64,000 nucleotides of DNA from NCBI GenBank assembly GCA_039990395.1, contig JBDXFZ010000144.1, positions 37,469 to 101,468 of the forward strand, in the 5' to 3' direction. Positions 1 through 9,574 of the stretch are shown here, piece after piece. Source of the DNA: Halioglobus sp. Lineage in GTDB: Bacteria; Pseudomonadota; Gammaproteobacteria; Pseudomonadales; Halieaceae. A model generated the notes under the pieces. It was not told where the DNA came from. It searched no databases and was given only the letters and a program-made list of their open reading frames with translations. The position numbers and the translations under genes are program-made. Within the stretch, counting starts at the first letter, position 1, and every line of letters begins with the position of its first letter.

Positions 1-339
1 CGCAATGGCTGCCTGAACAGTAAGAGCGCGATCGGCGGCGGAAATGCCGGTATCGATACCCACTGAAGCTTCTATCGACAGCGTGAAATTAGATTTTTCA
101 CCCCGAGCGTCTCCCACCATGGGCGGCAGATCGAGTAGATCGCAACGCTCAGCAGTAAGGGCAAGACACACCAGTCCCCTTGCTTTGCGCGCCATGAAAT
201 TAACGTAGTCTCCCGTACAATGCTCGGCCGCGACCATCACCACACCCTCGTTATGACTCTCTGCGTCGTCATCGAGGAGTACGACCATTCGACCCTGCCG
301 AATGTCGCTAACCAATTCATCAACTGTGTTGAGTTGCAT
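1..339 (-). CDS. ribB: 3,4-dihydroxy-2-butanone-4-phosphate synthase (RibB or N-terminus of RibBA); 5' part only, runs off the window
   Basis: Reverse translation from ATG (337-339) gives MQLNTVDELVSDIRQGRMVVLLDDDAESHNEGVVMVAAEH..., the RibB N-terminal pattern. It sits directly downstream of ribE in the nrdR-ribD-ribE-ribB order. Confidence 0.8.
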   Translation of the reverse strand, partial: MQLNTVDELVSDIRQGRMVVLLDDDAESHNEGVVMVAAEHCTGDYVNFMARKARGLVCLALTAERCDLLDLPPMVGDARGEKSNFTLSIEASVGIDTGISAADRALTVQAAIA

Positions 340-357
340 ACTGTTTTCCAGTTGGGG

Positions 358-1029
358 TTACGATTTAAGGTAACCGTTCTCCGCCAAAGTTTTAGCGGTT
401 AATTCCGCCGGCTTTTCCGTGCCATTAGTCGCCGCTGCATCTCCCAGCACCAGGCGTTCGAGGTAGCGCGCAATCACATCAACCTCGAGATTGACGCGCG
501 TGCCGGCGCTGTAATCTCCAAACACAGTTTCCGCCATAGTCTGCGGGATAATATTCAAATCAAACTCAGCACCATTCACCGCATTCACGGTTAAGCTGGT
601 GCCATCGATGCAAATACTGCCTTTGTGTGCAATGTACTTGGCAAGTGCATCTGGCGCGCGTACCACCACCCGCCAAGACCGTGCATCCTCGACTGCGCTG
701 ACGATCTCGCCCACACCATCAACATGACCACTCACGATATGCCCGCCCAAGCGACTCTCAGGCGTGAGCGCTTTTTCCAGATTCACCGACGCACCTGGCT
801 TCAGCTGCCCAAGGGTTGTGAAATCCAGAGTCTCCAAGGAGACGTCGGCCCAGTAACCATCGCCGGGTAAATCTGTAACGGTAAGGCACACGCCATTGGT
901 ACAGATGCTATCACCAAGAGCTACATCATCCAGTGGCAGCTTTCCGGTTGAAATACGCAGGCGCAAATCTCCCCCGCTGGGTTCCATCGCCGCGATTGTA
1001 CCAACTGCTTGAATAATGCCTGTAAACAT
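358..1029 (-). CDS. ribE: riboflavin synthase alpha subunit
   Basis: 223 aa starting MFTGIIQAVGTI; internal duplication typical of riboflavin synthase; rib operon context. Confidence 0.9.
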   Translation of the reverse strand: MFTGIIQAVGTIAAMEPSGGDLRLRISTGKLPLDDVALGDSICTNGVCLTVTDLPGDGYWADVSLETLDFTTLGQLKPGASVNLEKALTPESRLGGHIVSGHVDGVGEIVSAVEDARSWRVVVRAPDALAKYIAHKGSICIDGTSLTVNAVNGAEFDLNIIPQTMAETVFGDYSAGTRVNLEVDVIARYLERLVLGDAAATNGTEKPAELTAKTLAENGYLKS

Positions 1030-1086
1030 CGTGTTCCTAAACTTGCACCCACATTCGTTTTGCCCAACCCCAACTCAGCGGATGTG

Positions 1087-2238
1087 TCATTGGGGTGTCA
1101 CGGTAAATCGCCAGTCCTGTCCAACGCGCCGGACATCCGTCAGCTCCAAGTTGATCTTGCCCGCCATCGTATCGATAGGCAGATCCAGGAGCGGTTGTGC
1201 GCTGCTCCCCATAAAGACAGGAGCTGCGTAAATGACCAGTTCATCCAGTAAGCCAGCCCGTAACAGGGCACCCGCCAAACGGGGGCCAGATTCTACCAGA
1301 ATTTCGTTCGCTTGCCGTTTGGATAACTCACCAATGATTTCAGGCAGCATCAGGCCCGACTCATCTGCAGAAACCCCAATAAAACTCGCTCCAGAGGCTA
1401 CCAGCTCATTTGAGGGTGCAGTCGCGGTACTATGAACTACCAGTGTTTCCGCATCCGCTGAGAGCACTCGCGCATCCCCGGGCAGTCTCAACCTCGAGTC
1501 CACTACCACCCGCAATGGCGGGCGCGCCATGGCTCTGTCACGCTCTCCATCACTCAAACCCAGTTGATCAGCGCGCAGTGTCAGCGCGCAGTCATCGGCA
1601 AGTACTGTGCCGATACCTGTAACCACTGCGCAGCTACTGGCCCGCAAACGCTGTACATCGGCACGCGCGGCAGCGCCGGTAATCCACTGGCTCTCACCAG
1701 AGGCCATCGCCGTTCTGCCATCAAGCGACATGGCCAGTTTGGCTCTCACCCTACCTCGACCTCGCGTCATTCGGGCGACAAAACCCGGAATCACCTGTGC
1801 GGCCTCAGCTTCCAGCACACCTTGAACAACGTCGATACCACTAGCTTCTAGTCTCGCGATACCCTGCCCCGCTACCTGCGGATTGGGGTCTTGCATAGCA
1901 ACTACCACGCGTGAAACGCCTGCCGACATCAACGCATCAGCGCAGGGCCCCGTTTTCCCTTGATGACTGCAGGGCTCAAGAGTGACATAAGCAGTTGCCC
2001 CAGTAACTTCTTCCTGAGCTGCCTGCAGCGCCTGTACCTCAGCGTGATTGCCACCAGCAGGTTGAGTGAAACCCTCACCAATAACGTGTCCGTTTTTCAC
2101 CAACACACAGCCCACATGCGGGTTGGGTTTAGCCCAATACTGAGCCTTACGGGCCAACTGCAAGGCCCGCGCCATCATGCGAGTATCAAATTCAAGATCG
2201 CTAGTAGGATTTATCGCGCTATCGCTGGTGAATGTCAT
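1087..2238 (-). CDS. ribD: bifunctional diaminohydroxyphosphoribosylaminopyrimidine deaminase / 5-amino-6-(5-phosphoribosylamino)uracil reductase
   Basis: 383 aa. Deaminase zinc motifs HAEV...PCSHQGKTGPC, followed by a reductase domain. Lies between nrdR and ribE. Confidence 0.9.
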   Translation of the reverse strand: MTFTSDSAINPTSDLEFDTRMMARALQLARKAQYWAKPNPHVGCVLVKNGHVIGEGFTQPAGGNHAEVQALQAAQEEVTGATAYVTLEPCSHQGKTGPCADALMSAGVSRVVVAMQDPNPQVAGQGIARLEASGIDVVQGVLEAEAAQVIPGFVARMTRGRGRVRAKLAMSLDGRTAMASGESQWITGAAARADVQRLRASSCAVVTGIGTVLADDCALTLRADQLGLSDGERDRAMARPPLRVVVDSRLRLPGDARVLSADAETLVVHSTATAPSNELVASGASFIGVSADESGLMLPEIIGELSKRQANEILVESGPRLAGALLRAGLLDELVIYAAPVFMGSSAQPLLDLPIDTMAGKINLELTDVRRVGQDWRFTVTPQ

Positions 2239-2256
2239 GGTGAGACGCCGAATAGG

Positions 2257-2742
2257 CTATGAGGCGTCCTGATCTTCTGGGTCTTTAACTGGTTCGGCTT
2301 CTAGATGCTCAATGGCGTCACGAAACTGCGAGATATCTTCAAAGCTCCGATACACCGAGGCAAAGCGCACATACGCCACCTGATCAAGCTCCTTTAGATG
2401 TTCCATGACCAACTCTCCAAGCTCGAGGCTCTGAATCTCCCGCTCGCCTGTCGCACGCAATGCATGCTTGATGTGGGTGACTACCGCTTCTATGTCTTCT
2501 ACTGAGACCGGCCGCTTTTCCAACGCTCGTAAGAACCCGGCTCGCAACTTGTCCTCGTTAAAGGGCTCCCGATTGCCATTTTGCTTAATCACCCGTGGCA
2601 TCACCAGCTCCGCCACCTCATAGGTGGTAAAGCGCTCTTTGCAGCTGAGGCATTCCCGACGGCGACGCACCTGATCGCCATCGGCGACCAAGCGTGAGTC
2701 GATTACTTTCGTTTCATCGGTAGCGCAAAACGGGCAATGCAT
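2257..2742 (-). CDS. nrdR: transcriptional repressor NrdR
   Basis: 161 aa. MHCPFC...Zn ribbon followed by an ATP-cone; classic nrdR-ribD linkage. Confidence 0.95.
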   Translation of the reverse strand: MHCPFCATDETKVIDSRLVADGDQVRRRRECLSCKERFTTYEVAELVMPRVIKQNGNREPFNEDKLRAGFLRALEKRPVSVEDIEAVVTHIKHALRATGEREIQSLELGELVMEHLKELDQVAYVRFASVYRSFEDISQFRDAIEHLEAEPVKDPEDQDAS

Positions 2743-2916
2743 TTGAAGCCCCCTGACCTTGGCTCATTCTGTAAGTGGCTGAAGGGTAACATATTTTTGG
2801 GGGTGGCCTATCCTGGATACATGATTGAATGAGGCAATTTTGGGAAAGCCGCGAGTGCCAAATTCTAGAGCAGACTTCTTCCTGAAATGGGCCACCCAGC
2901 AGGGAAAATGGCCGAC

Positions 2917-3079
2917 AGGCATTCGAATCGAATTGCTGCTGGCTTCGGCCGGCATTCAGGGGCTGCGCAACTCAACCATTTTTCGCTTTGCGAAAAATTG
3001 GGATTCGAACAGTGCTCGCCGAAAACCCTGAATGCCGGCCGATGCCAAAACGCAGCATGATTATTCGATTCGAATGCCT
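2917..3079. repeat. nested imperfect palindrome (~163 nt) in the glyA-nrdR intergenic region
   Basis: Outer arms 2917-2933 aggcattcgaatcgaat and 3063-3079 attcgattcgaatgcct are a perfect 17-bp complement. Inner arms 2945-2961 tcggccggcattcaggg and 3026-3042 are also a perfect 17 bp. tgctgc (2934-2939) pairs with gcagca (3052-3057). Central hairpin 2978-2998 is atttttcgc-ttt-gcgaaaaat. Confidence 0.7.
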
Positions 3080-3126
3080 GGCAGCCCTAATTTGCTGGCA
3101 AACCATTGCGCCACAAGTTCAGCAGA

Positions 3127-4392
3127 TCAATTTCCGTATACCGGGAAGCGGCTGCAAATCTCGAGTACTTTGGCTTTCACCTCTTCGATGACTTGCTCTG
3201 AAGACTCATTTTCCAGAGACTCCAAAACATCACACATCCAGCCTGTAAGCTCGATAGTTTCAGCTTCGCCAAATCCTCGAGTAGTGATTGCCGGAGTACC
3301 CACCCGCAAACCAGAGGTAATGAATGGCGAGCGAGGATCGTTCGGCACCGCATTCTTATTCACGGTGATGTTAGCTAGCCCAAGGGCCTCATCGGCATCT
3401 TTGCCGGTATAGGGCTTACCGATCAGATCTACCAGCATCAGGTGATTATCGGTACCGCCAGACACGATATTAATGCCACGCTCCATGAAGGTCTTGGCCA
3501 TCGCACGAGCATTGGCAACAACCTGCTTCTGGTAGACAACAAAGTCAGGGCTCTGAGCCTCAAGAAATCCAACCGCCTTCGCAGCGATCACATGCATCAG
3601 TGGACCACCCTGCCCGCCAGGAAAAACGGCAGAGTTAAACTTTTTCTCCAACTCCGGGTTGGCCTTGGCCAGAATTATTCCGCCACGGGGGCCCCGCAGT
3701 GTCTTGTGAGTGGTAGACGTCACCACGTCGGCATGAGGAACCGGGTTCGGATAAACACCCGCAGCCACCAGACCAGCAACATGCGCCATATCAACGAGAA
3801 GATAAGCGCCTACCTTGTCGGCAATTTCACGAAAGCGCGCCCAATCCATCACGCGGCTGTAGGCAGAAAAGCCGGCAATGATCATCTTTGGCTTATGCTC
3901 AAGCGCCAATGCCTCAACCTGATCGTAATCAACCTCTCCCGTTTCCTGAACCAGCCCGTACTGCACGGCATTGTATGATTTACCTGAGAAGTTTGGCTTG
4001 GCGCCGTGGGTCAGGTGGCCACCATCGGCCAGACTCATGCCCAGAATCGTATCTCCCACATCACACAGTGCCAGAAAAACTGCGCCATTTGCCTGTGAGC
4101 CCGAGTGCGGCTGTACGTTGGCGTAATCAGCACCAAACAGGGCTTTAACACGCTCTATAGCCAGATCTTCGGCCTTGTCTACAAACTCGCAGCCGCCGTA
4201 GTAGCGTTTGCCCGAGTATCCTTCGGCATACTTGTTGGTGAGCACAGACCCCTGAGCTTGCATGACACGGGGGCTGGTGTAGTTTTCTGACGCGATCAGC
4301 TCGATATGATCTTCCTGACGACGCTCTTCTTCCGCGATCGCATTGAAAATCGAGTCATCAAAGCCTTCGATGGTCTGGTTTTTGTCAAACAT
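3127..4392 (-). CDS. glyA: serine hydroxymethyltransferase
   Basis: 421 aa with [29 protein letters not shown] and the [15 protein letters not shown]-lysine motif. Confidence 0.95.
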   Translation of the reverse strand: MFDKNQTIEGFDDSIFNAIAEEERRQEDHIELIASENYTSPRVMQAQGSVLTNKYAEGYSGKRYYGGCEFVDKAEDLAIERVKALFGADYANVQPHSGSQANGAVFLALCDVGDTILGMSLADGGHLTHGAKPNFSGKSYNAVQYGLVQETGEVDYDQVEALALEHKPKMIIAGFSAYSRVMDWARFREIADKVGAYLLVDMAHVAGLVAAGVYPNPVPHADVVTSTTHKTLRGPRGGIILAKANPELEKKFNSAVFPGGQGGPLMHVIAAKAVGFLEAQSPDFVVYQKQVVANARAMAKTFMERGINIVSGGTDNHLMLVDLIGKPYTGKDADEALGLANITVNKNAVPNDPRSPFITSGLRVGTPAITTRGFGEAETIELTGWMCDVLESLENESSEQVIEEVKAKVLEICSRFPVYGN

Positions 4393-4647
4393 GATGTCCC
4401 CTGAGTACGCTGAGCCCCAGCTTGATGCCAGCTCGGAAAGGAGCGAAGTTTAACCCAATTGATCGCGCCATTTAAGGGGAATGAGATCAATAGCATGACA
4501 TGTCGGCAATTTGCCCCACTACACCGTTTGATTGCTGATTTTTTGGTGCCCTTGTTGGTTAGCTTTTTGGTTTGAACAAAGAGATTGAAGCGCTGCGAGG
4601 ACCGTTTCAGAGAAACGAGCCCCCGCAATGCATTCGAACAGGCACAT

Positions 4648-4959
4648 CTATGAGCTGGCGATCAGGTTCTGCTTGGACCGGTAGGCGCGCAGCTCGGCAT
4701 TGTAGTTGTCGGCGGCCCTGATAGCCTTCGCTGCCAGCATGTCTCGTTTAACCGAGCTTAACGATCGACTCCTGCAGTCGAGATATGACTCAACGGACGC
4801 CACGAACGCCTTGGTCTGATTCTGCGCAGAGTACATCGCCTCCTCTGAAGCCACCTCCCCTTTTGGGACAACTGGCGACTTGCCCGGTCTTTCCGCTGGG
4901 CACTCTGACCACGCGTTCAGTGAAAAAACCATTGCTAAAAGTGCTACTAAAGACTTCAT
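4648..4959 (-). CDS. small secreted hypothetical protein
   Basis: The ORF has an internal start MKSLVALLAMVFSLNAWSE (signal peptide) preceded by GAGG. No recognisable domain. The upstream 11 codons of the track ORF are probably not translated. Confidence 0.5.
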   Translation of the reverse strand: MKSLVALLAMVFSLNAWSECPAERPGKSPVVPKGEVASEEAMYSAQNQTKAFVASVESYLDCRSRSLSSVKRDMLAAKAIRAADNYNAELRAYRSKQNLIASS

Positions 4960-5288
4960 AACCACTACCTCATCATTGTGTGAATACAGCACCGCCGACA
5001 GGCGATATGTTACATATATTCACACAGTGGGTAACAATTGCAAGCAAGACATGTTTTTTGCAGCTGCTTAACTTACTGTTATTTATGGATTTAATTTCGA
5101 TCGCATCTTTCCCCTGCACCACTATGTTGCGATAAGTAACGTTAAAGGCGCGAGATTCACCAAAATGAAGCAGCCTATTGAAAAATCGCACCATCTAGAA
5201 CCGTGGACTGCACCAATTTATCCCCATAATTCGCGCCAGAGTTTGGTAATATTCGCGCAAATTAATTTCACAGCTCGAGTCTATTCCC

Positions 5289-6953
5289 ATGGCCCAGTAC
5301 GTTTACACAATGAATCGGGTGGGCAAAATCGTCCCACCTAAGAAGAAAATACTCGAGGACATCTCTCTATCATTCTTCCCCGGTGCGAAGATTGGCGTGC
5401 TAGGCCTCAATGGCTCGGGTAAGTCCACGCTATTGCGCATTATGGCTGGCGTAGATACCGACATTCTTGGTGAGGCGCGACCGCAACCCGGTATCAAGAT
5501 TGGTTATCTGGAGCAGGAGCCCCACCTAAACCCCGATAAAGATGTGCGTGGCAACGTGGAAGAAGGCGTGCAAGAAGCTTTGGATGCGCTAGCTGGACTG
5601 GAAAAAGTGTACGCCGACTACGCAGAGCCCGATGCCGATTTCGACACGCTGGCCAAAGAGCAGGCGCGGCTGGAAGATGTTATCCAGGCCACAGACGCTC
5701 ACAACATCGATCATCGCCTGGAAGTGGCCGCCGATGCGCTTCGCTTGCCACCCTGGGATGCAGACGTGAGCACACTGTCTGGTGGCGAACGTCGTCGAGT
5801 GGCGCTGTGCCGACTTCTACTGTCTAACCCCGACATGCTACTACTGGACGAACCGACTAACCATCTGGATGCTGAAAGCGTGGGCTGGCTGGAGCGGTAT
5901 CTGCACGATTTCCCGGGCACTGTGGTCGCGATTACTCACGACCGCTACTTCCTCGACAACGCCGCTGGCTGGATCCTGGAACTAGACAGAGGACGCGGCA
6001 TACCCTACGAGGGCAACTATTCCAACTGGCTGGATGCCAAGGAACAGCGACTGGGTCAGGAACAACGCCAGGAGGCCTCGCACCAGAAGGCCATCAAAGC
6101 AGAGCTGGAATGGGTGCGCTCAAACCCCAAGGGAAGACAGGCCAAGAGCAAGGCTCGCCTTCAGCGCTTCGAAGACCTTCAATCACAGGACTTTCAGGCC
6201 CGCAACGAAACTAACGAAATCTATATTCCCCCCGGCGCACGCCTGGGCGATAACGTGATTGAAGTCAAAAACCTGAAGAAGCAGTTTGGCGACCGCCTCC
6301 TGTTCGAAAATGTAAGCTTTACCGTACCCAAGGGCAGCATCGTGGGTATCATTGGCGCTAACGGCATGGGTAAGTCCACCTTGTTCAATATCCTCATGGA
6401 AAATGAACAGCCAGACGGTGGCGAGGTTAACATCGGCGAAACCGTGCAACTGGGCTATGTTGACCAATCGCGTGACGACCTCGACGGCGGCAAAACCGTG
6501 TGGGAGGAAATCTCAGACGGACAGGACAATATCCGAATTGGCACTTACGAGGTTGGCTCCCGTTCATACGTAGGTCGCTTTAATTTTAAGGGCTCTGATC
6601 AGCAAAAGTTTGTGAAGGATCTGTCGGGGGGCGAACGCAACCGCCTGCACCTTGCCAAGCTGCTGAAGCAAGGTGCCAATGTATTGCTATTGGACGAACC
6701 CACCAACGACCTCGACGTGGAAACTTTGCGTGCACTTGAGGAGGCCTTACTGGCGTTCCCAGGCGCGGCCATGGTGATATCGCACGATCGCTGGTTTCTG
6801 GACCGGATCGCAACCCACATACTGGCCTATGAAGACGATGGCGGCGTGGTATTCCACGAGGGCAACTTTACCGAATATGAAGAAGACCGGCACCAGCGCC
6901 TAGGCGCCGCCGCCGACCAACCTCACCGTGTGAAGTATCGTAAACTGAAGTAG
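5289..6953 (+). CDS. ettA: energy-dependent translational throttle protein EttA (ABC-F ATPase)
   Basis: 554 aa starting MAQYVYTMNRVGKIVPPKK; two ABC cassettes (GLNGSGKST, GANGMGKST; LSGGERRR/LSGGERNR). Confidence 0.92.
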   Translation: MAQYVYTMNRVGKIVPPKKKILEDISLSFFPGAKIGVLGLNGSGKSTLLRIMAGVDTDILGEARPQPGIKIGYLEQEPHLNPDKDVRGNVEEGVQEALDALAGLEKVYADYAEPDADFDTLAKEQARLEDVIQATDAHNIDHRLEVAADALRLPPWDADVSTLSGGERRRVALCRLLLSNPDMLLLDEPTNHLDAESVGWLERYLHDFPGTVVAITHDRYFLDNAAGWILELDRGRGIPYEGNYSNWLDAKEQRLGQEQRQEASHQKAIKAELEWVRSNPKGRQAKSKARLQRFEDLQSQDFQARNETNEIYIPPGARLGDNVIEVKNLKKQFGDRLLFENVSFTVPKGSIVGIIGANGMGKSTLFNILMENEQPDGGEVNIGETVQLGYVDQSRDDLDGGKTVWEEISDGQDNIRIGTYEVGSRSYVGRFNFKGSDQQKFVKDLSGGERNRLHLAKLLKQGANVLLLDEPTNDLDVETLRALEEALLAFPGAAMVISHDRWFLDRIATHILAYEDDGGVVFHEGNFTEYEEDRHQRLGAAADQPHRVKYRKLK

Positions 6954-6995
6954 CGCGATATAGTTACCCCAGACTGAGAGAGCACGAGTTTTACT

Positions 6996-7364
6996 ATGAG
7001 CGAGATTCGCAACGAGCGTCGCAGATTCACACGAGTCAGTATCGATCTTCCCACGGAAGTTCACCAGGGTGGCAGTGTTTGGAAACAACGCCTGATCGAC
7101 CTGTCTTTACTGGGGGCAGCCACCGACCAACCCGACATCTGGGACGCTCAGTACAACGAACCCTTTACCTTAATCATCCACATCAGTGATGACCAACAGC
7201 TGGAACTGCATGCCTATCTACAGCATGTAGAGAGTGGCCGGCTCGGGTTCAGTGTTCAGCATGTTGATCGAGAAAACATCGAGCCGCTACGCGATCTGAT
7301 CGCACAGCACATCGGCGATATAGCGATTCTAGATGAGGAGATGAGCCGGCTAGAGCAAAGTTAG
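6996..7364 (+). CDS. stand-alone PilZ domain protein (c-di-GMP receptor candidate)
   Basis: 122 aa with RRRFTR (RxxxR) and DLSLLG (D/NxSxxG) motifs at the canonical spacing. Confidence 0.7.
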   Translation: MSEIRNERRRFTRVSIDLPTEVHQGGSVWKQRLIDLSLLGAATDQPDIWDAQYNEPFTLIIHISDDQQLELHAYLQHVESGRLGFSVQHVDRENIEPLRDLIAQHIGDIAILDEEMSRLEQS

Positions 7365-7493
7365 CTTTGTTCACCAAGCAGGTTGAATTGACGATAGAAA
7401 TCTGGGGTTGTCACCGAGGCAGAGCCAGCCTGTTGCGAGAAAAATCTGGCTTCGGACCAAATGCCTTAGCCAGCAGTTAGCTAGTGCTAGAGG

Positions 7494-8537
7494 CTATTGC
7501 AAAAAGAAGTAGGCTCCAGCAGCAACCGCCAGCCCTACTACAATCAATGCCACAATTTTTGCCCCTGATCCATTTGAGGCAGTGTTACCTGAATCTCCGC
7601 CAGCTGCCTCAACTGGAGCCGCACCTGCTGTTCCACCCAGCGCGGAATGAAAAACGACTGTTGCCATCCCCAGTGTTATCTCATCGCCATCGGCAAGATA
7701 CGCCGTCAAACGCTTCTCACCATTTACGAATATGCCATTGGCTGAAACAAGATTTACAAGGCGCCAACGGCCGCCTTGATGCACCAACTGAGCGTGACGA
7801 CCTGAAACACTCTCTTCTGTCAGCACAACTTCACATCGTTCCTCGCGGCCTATCTCCCATACATCAGACTCAGCAGTACCACCTGGCTGGAGTTCGAATA
7901 CGGCACCGGCACTCTCACCCTCACTCACAACAATCAGGTGAGGCAAATCAGACGCGCGCCCTACATCAGCAGCGCTAACACCTGGCGCGATATCATCTAA
8001 CGAAAGTACCCGTGTTTCTTCACCGGTACCCGTATCTACCCAACTTCCAGGCAGATCGAAGCTGCCCGATGCTACCGCGGCGGGTTCGCTTTTAGGCTCG
8101 GGCTCAGGGGGTTTTTCGTCTGCCTTTTCTGCCGCTGGCTCACTTGGTGGGGCGGTGGATGGTGCAGGCTCAGGCTCTGGAATATCTACAACCGTGGCGT
8201 CGTCCATTTCTACTACGGTGGCGTCAAGGTCTTCGTCTGAGCCCTGCGTTTCGAGTTTAAAGCTGTGTTTCTCAAAGCTGATCTCATCGCCACCATAGGC
8301 CTGCGTCGGCTTCTCTATACGCAATCCATTAACGCGAGTGCCATTGGAAGAACCCAGATCCTCGATCATTACTTTCTTGGCTTCTACCTTAATCACCGCA
8401 TGATTTCGGGAAACTTTGGCGTCGTCTATGGTAAGCCCGCAGTCAGCCGAACGGCCCACAATGGTCTCTCCCTCTAGCATTACCGCCTCACCTTCTGAAG
8501 GTACCAGCTTGGCAACAAATTCCTGATTTTCGAGCAT
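7494..8537 (-). CDS. dual FHA-domain protein, C-terminally membrane anchored
   Basis: FHA1 is GRSADCGLTIDDAKVSRNHAVI...SSNGTRVNG. FHA2 is GREERCEVVLTEESVSGRHAQL...SANGIFVNG. A Pro/Glu-rich linker joins them, and the C-terminal TM is IVALIVVGLAVAAGAYFFL. Start set at MLENQE (ATG 8535-8537); the track ORF's longer start would overlap the PP2C gene. Confidence 0.8.
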   Translation of the reverse strand: MLENQEFVAKLVPSEGEAVMLEGETIVGRSADCGLTIDDAKVSRNHAVIKVEAKKVMIEDLGSSNGTRVNGLRIEKPTQAYGGDEISFEKHSFKLETQGSDEDLDATVVEMDDATVVDIPEPEPAPSTAPPSEPAAEKADEKPPEPEPKSEPAAVASGSFDLPGSWVDTGTGEETRVLSLDDIAPGVSAADVGRASDLPHLIVVSEGESAGAVFELQPGGTAESDVWEIGREERCEVVLTEESVSGRHAQLVHQGGRWRLVNLVSANGIFVNGEKRLTAYLADGDEITLGMATVVFHSALGGTAGAAPVEAAGGDSGNTASNGSGAKIVALIVVGLAVAAGAYFFLQ

Positions 8538-8548
8538 ATCGATCTCTC

Positions 8549-9574
8549 TTACCGCCCTGTCACAATAAGCCACGCCAGGTAAGCAGCGGCTACTACCGTC
8601 ACCGTGGTCATTCCTATCCAAAATGTTCGTGAACGCGATTTGCGCTTTGCTTCCTTCACCGCGAGTTTGCGCATTGCTTCAACCTGCGCCACCGGTATCA
8701 TCTGCGTAGCGCCCGCACCCTTTGGTGCTACCCGTCGCACTCCCGCCGGTTGCGCTGGCGCACGGTCAAGCTCAGGTAGGCCACTATACTTGCCCGTAGA
8801 AGGATCAAAGCTCCATACCGGCTCCGGTCGCTGTTGCACTGATCCTCGCACGGACTCATCCGCCTCCACCAGAACTACCGTTACGTTGTCACGTCCCCCG
8901 GCATCCAGTGTCGACTGGATCAGGGCCTGGCAACGTTCCGTCAACGTTTCTCCGGAGCGAAGTATGTCGATAATCTGCTGATTTTCCAACACATCGTTAA
9001 GCCCATCGCTACACAGCAGAAGTATCTCACCTGCGTTGATACGACCGGCAATAGCGCCTATATCGAGGTTGTCCTCGCTTTGCAAACCAACAGCCTGAAC
9101 AATCACATTCTTGCGAGGATGGTTACGCGCTTCCTCGATCGTAATCCGACCCAGTTCCAACTGGGCAGCCACAAACGAGTGATCTCTAGTCAATAAATGA
9201 AGCGAACCATCCCACAGGTAGGCGCGGCTGTCGCCCACCCAGTCAATACGATATTCGGCGCCCTGCATACGCATAGCCACCACTGTAGACGCCATGCCGG
9301 GCTTGCCCTTGCCTGCTTCCAGAGCGGCCATCACGTCGTCATTGGCGTTGCGGATGGCCTCTTCCAAACCTAACCCGGCACCAAGATCTCTCTCGATGCT
9401 TTCGCAGGTGATGCCACTGGCAATCTCACCTGCGTGATGACCGCCCACACCATCTGCCACCAATAGCAAACCAATTGATTCATTAATCAGAAATGCATCT
9501 TCGTTATGCTTGCGCCGAGCGACATCGGTTTGTCCGGCACTGCTGATCCCCGGAGCAAGCTGCACAATACTCAT
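8549..9574 (-). CDS. PP2C-family (PPM) Ser/Thr protein phosphatase, C-terminal TM anchor
   Basis: 341 aa with RKHNEDAF, VADGVGGHHAGEIAS, LLCSDGL and GGRDNVTVV motifs. C-terminal TM is TTVTVVAAAYLAWLIV. ATGA overlap with the upstream cytochrome gene. Confidence 0.85.
   Translation of the reverse strand: MSIVQLAPGISSAGQTDVARRKHNEDAFLINESIGLLLVADGVGGHHAGEIASGITCESIERDLGAGLGLEEAIRNANDDVMAALEAGKGKPGMASTVVAMRMQGAEYRIDWVGDSRAYLWDGSLHLLTRDHSFVAAQLELGRITIEEARNHPRKNVIVQAVGLQSEDNLDIGAIAGRINAGEILLLCSDGLNDVLENQQIIDILRSGETLTERCQALIQSTLDAGGRDNVTVVLVEADESVRGSVQQRPEPVWSFDPSTGKYSGLPELDRAPAQPAGVRRVAPKGAGATQMIPVAQVEAMRKLAVKEAKRKSRSRTFWIGMTTVTVVAAAYLAWLIVTGR

Noticed and set aside
4393-4647. Possible riboswitch (for example ZTP/pfl or a glycine-related motif) in the 255-nt glyA leader.
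   Set aside because: I read the minus strand and found none of the conserved cores I know, such as the ZTP CCGCCTGGGC pseudoknot element. Only weak short hairpins are present.
8538-8621. N-terminal 28-codon extension of the dual-FHA ORF given by the ORF track.
   Set aside because: It would overlap the 3' end of the PP2C gene by 73 nt and encodes no recognisable sequence. The internal ATG at 8535-8537 gives an 11-nt gap and starts right before FHA domain 1.
7494-9574. FHA + PP2C (plus the kinase at 30694-32148) as a type VI secretion threonine-phosphorylation pathway.
   Set aside because: No T6SS structural genes (tssA-M, hcp, vgrG, clpV) are in the window. The pair is translationally coupled to cytochrome genes instead.
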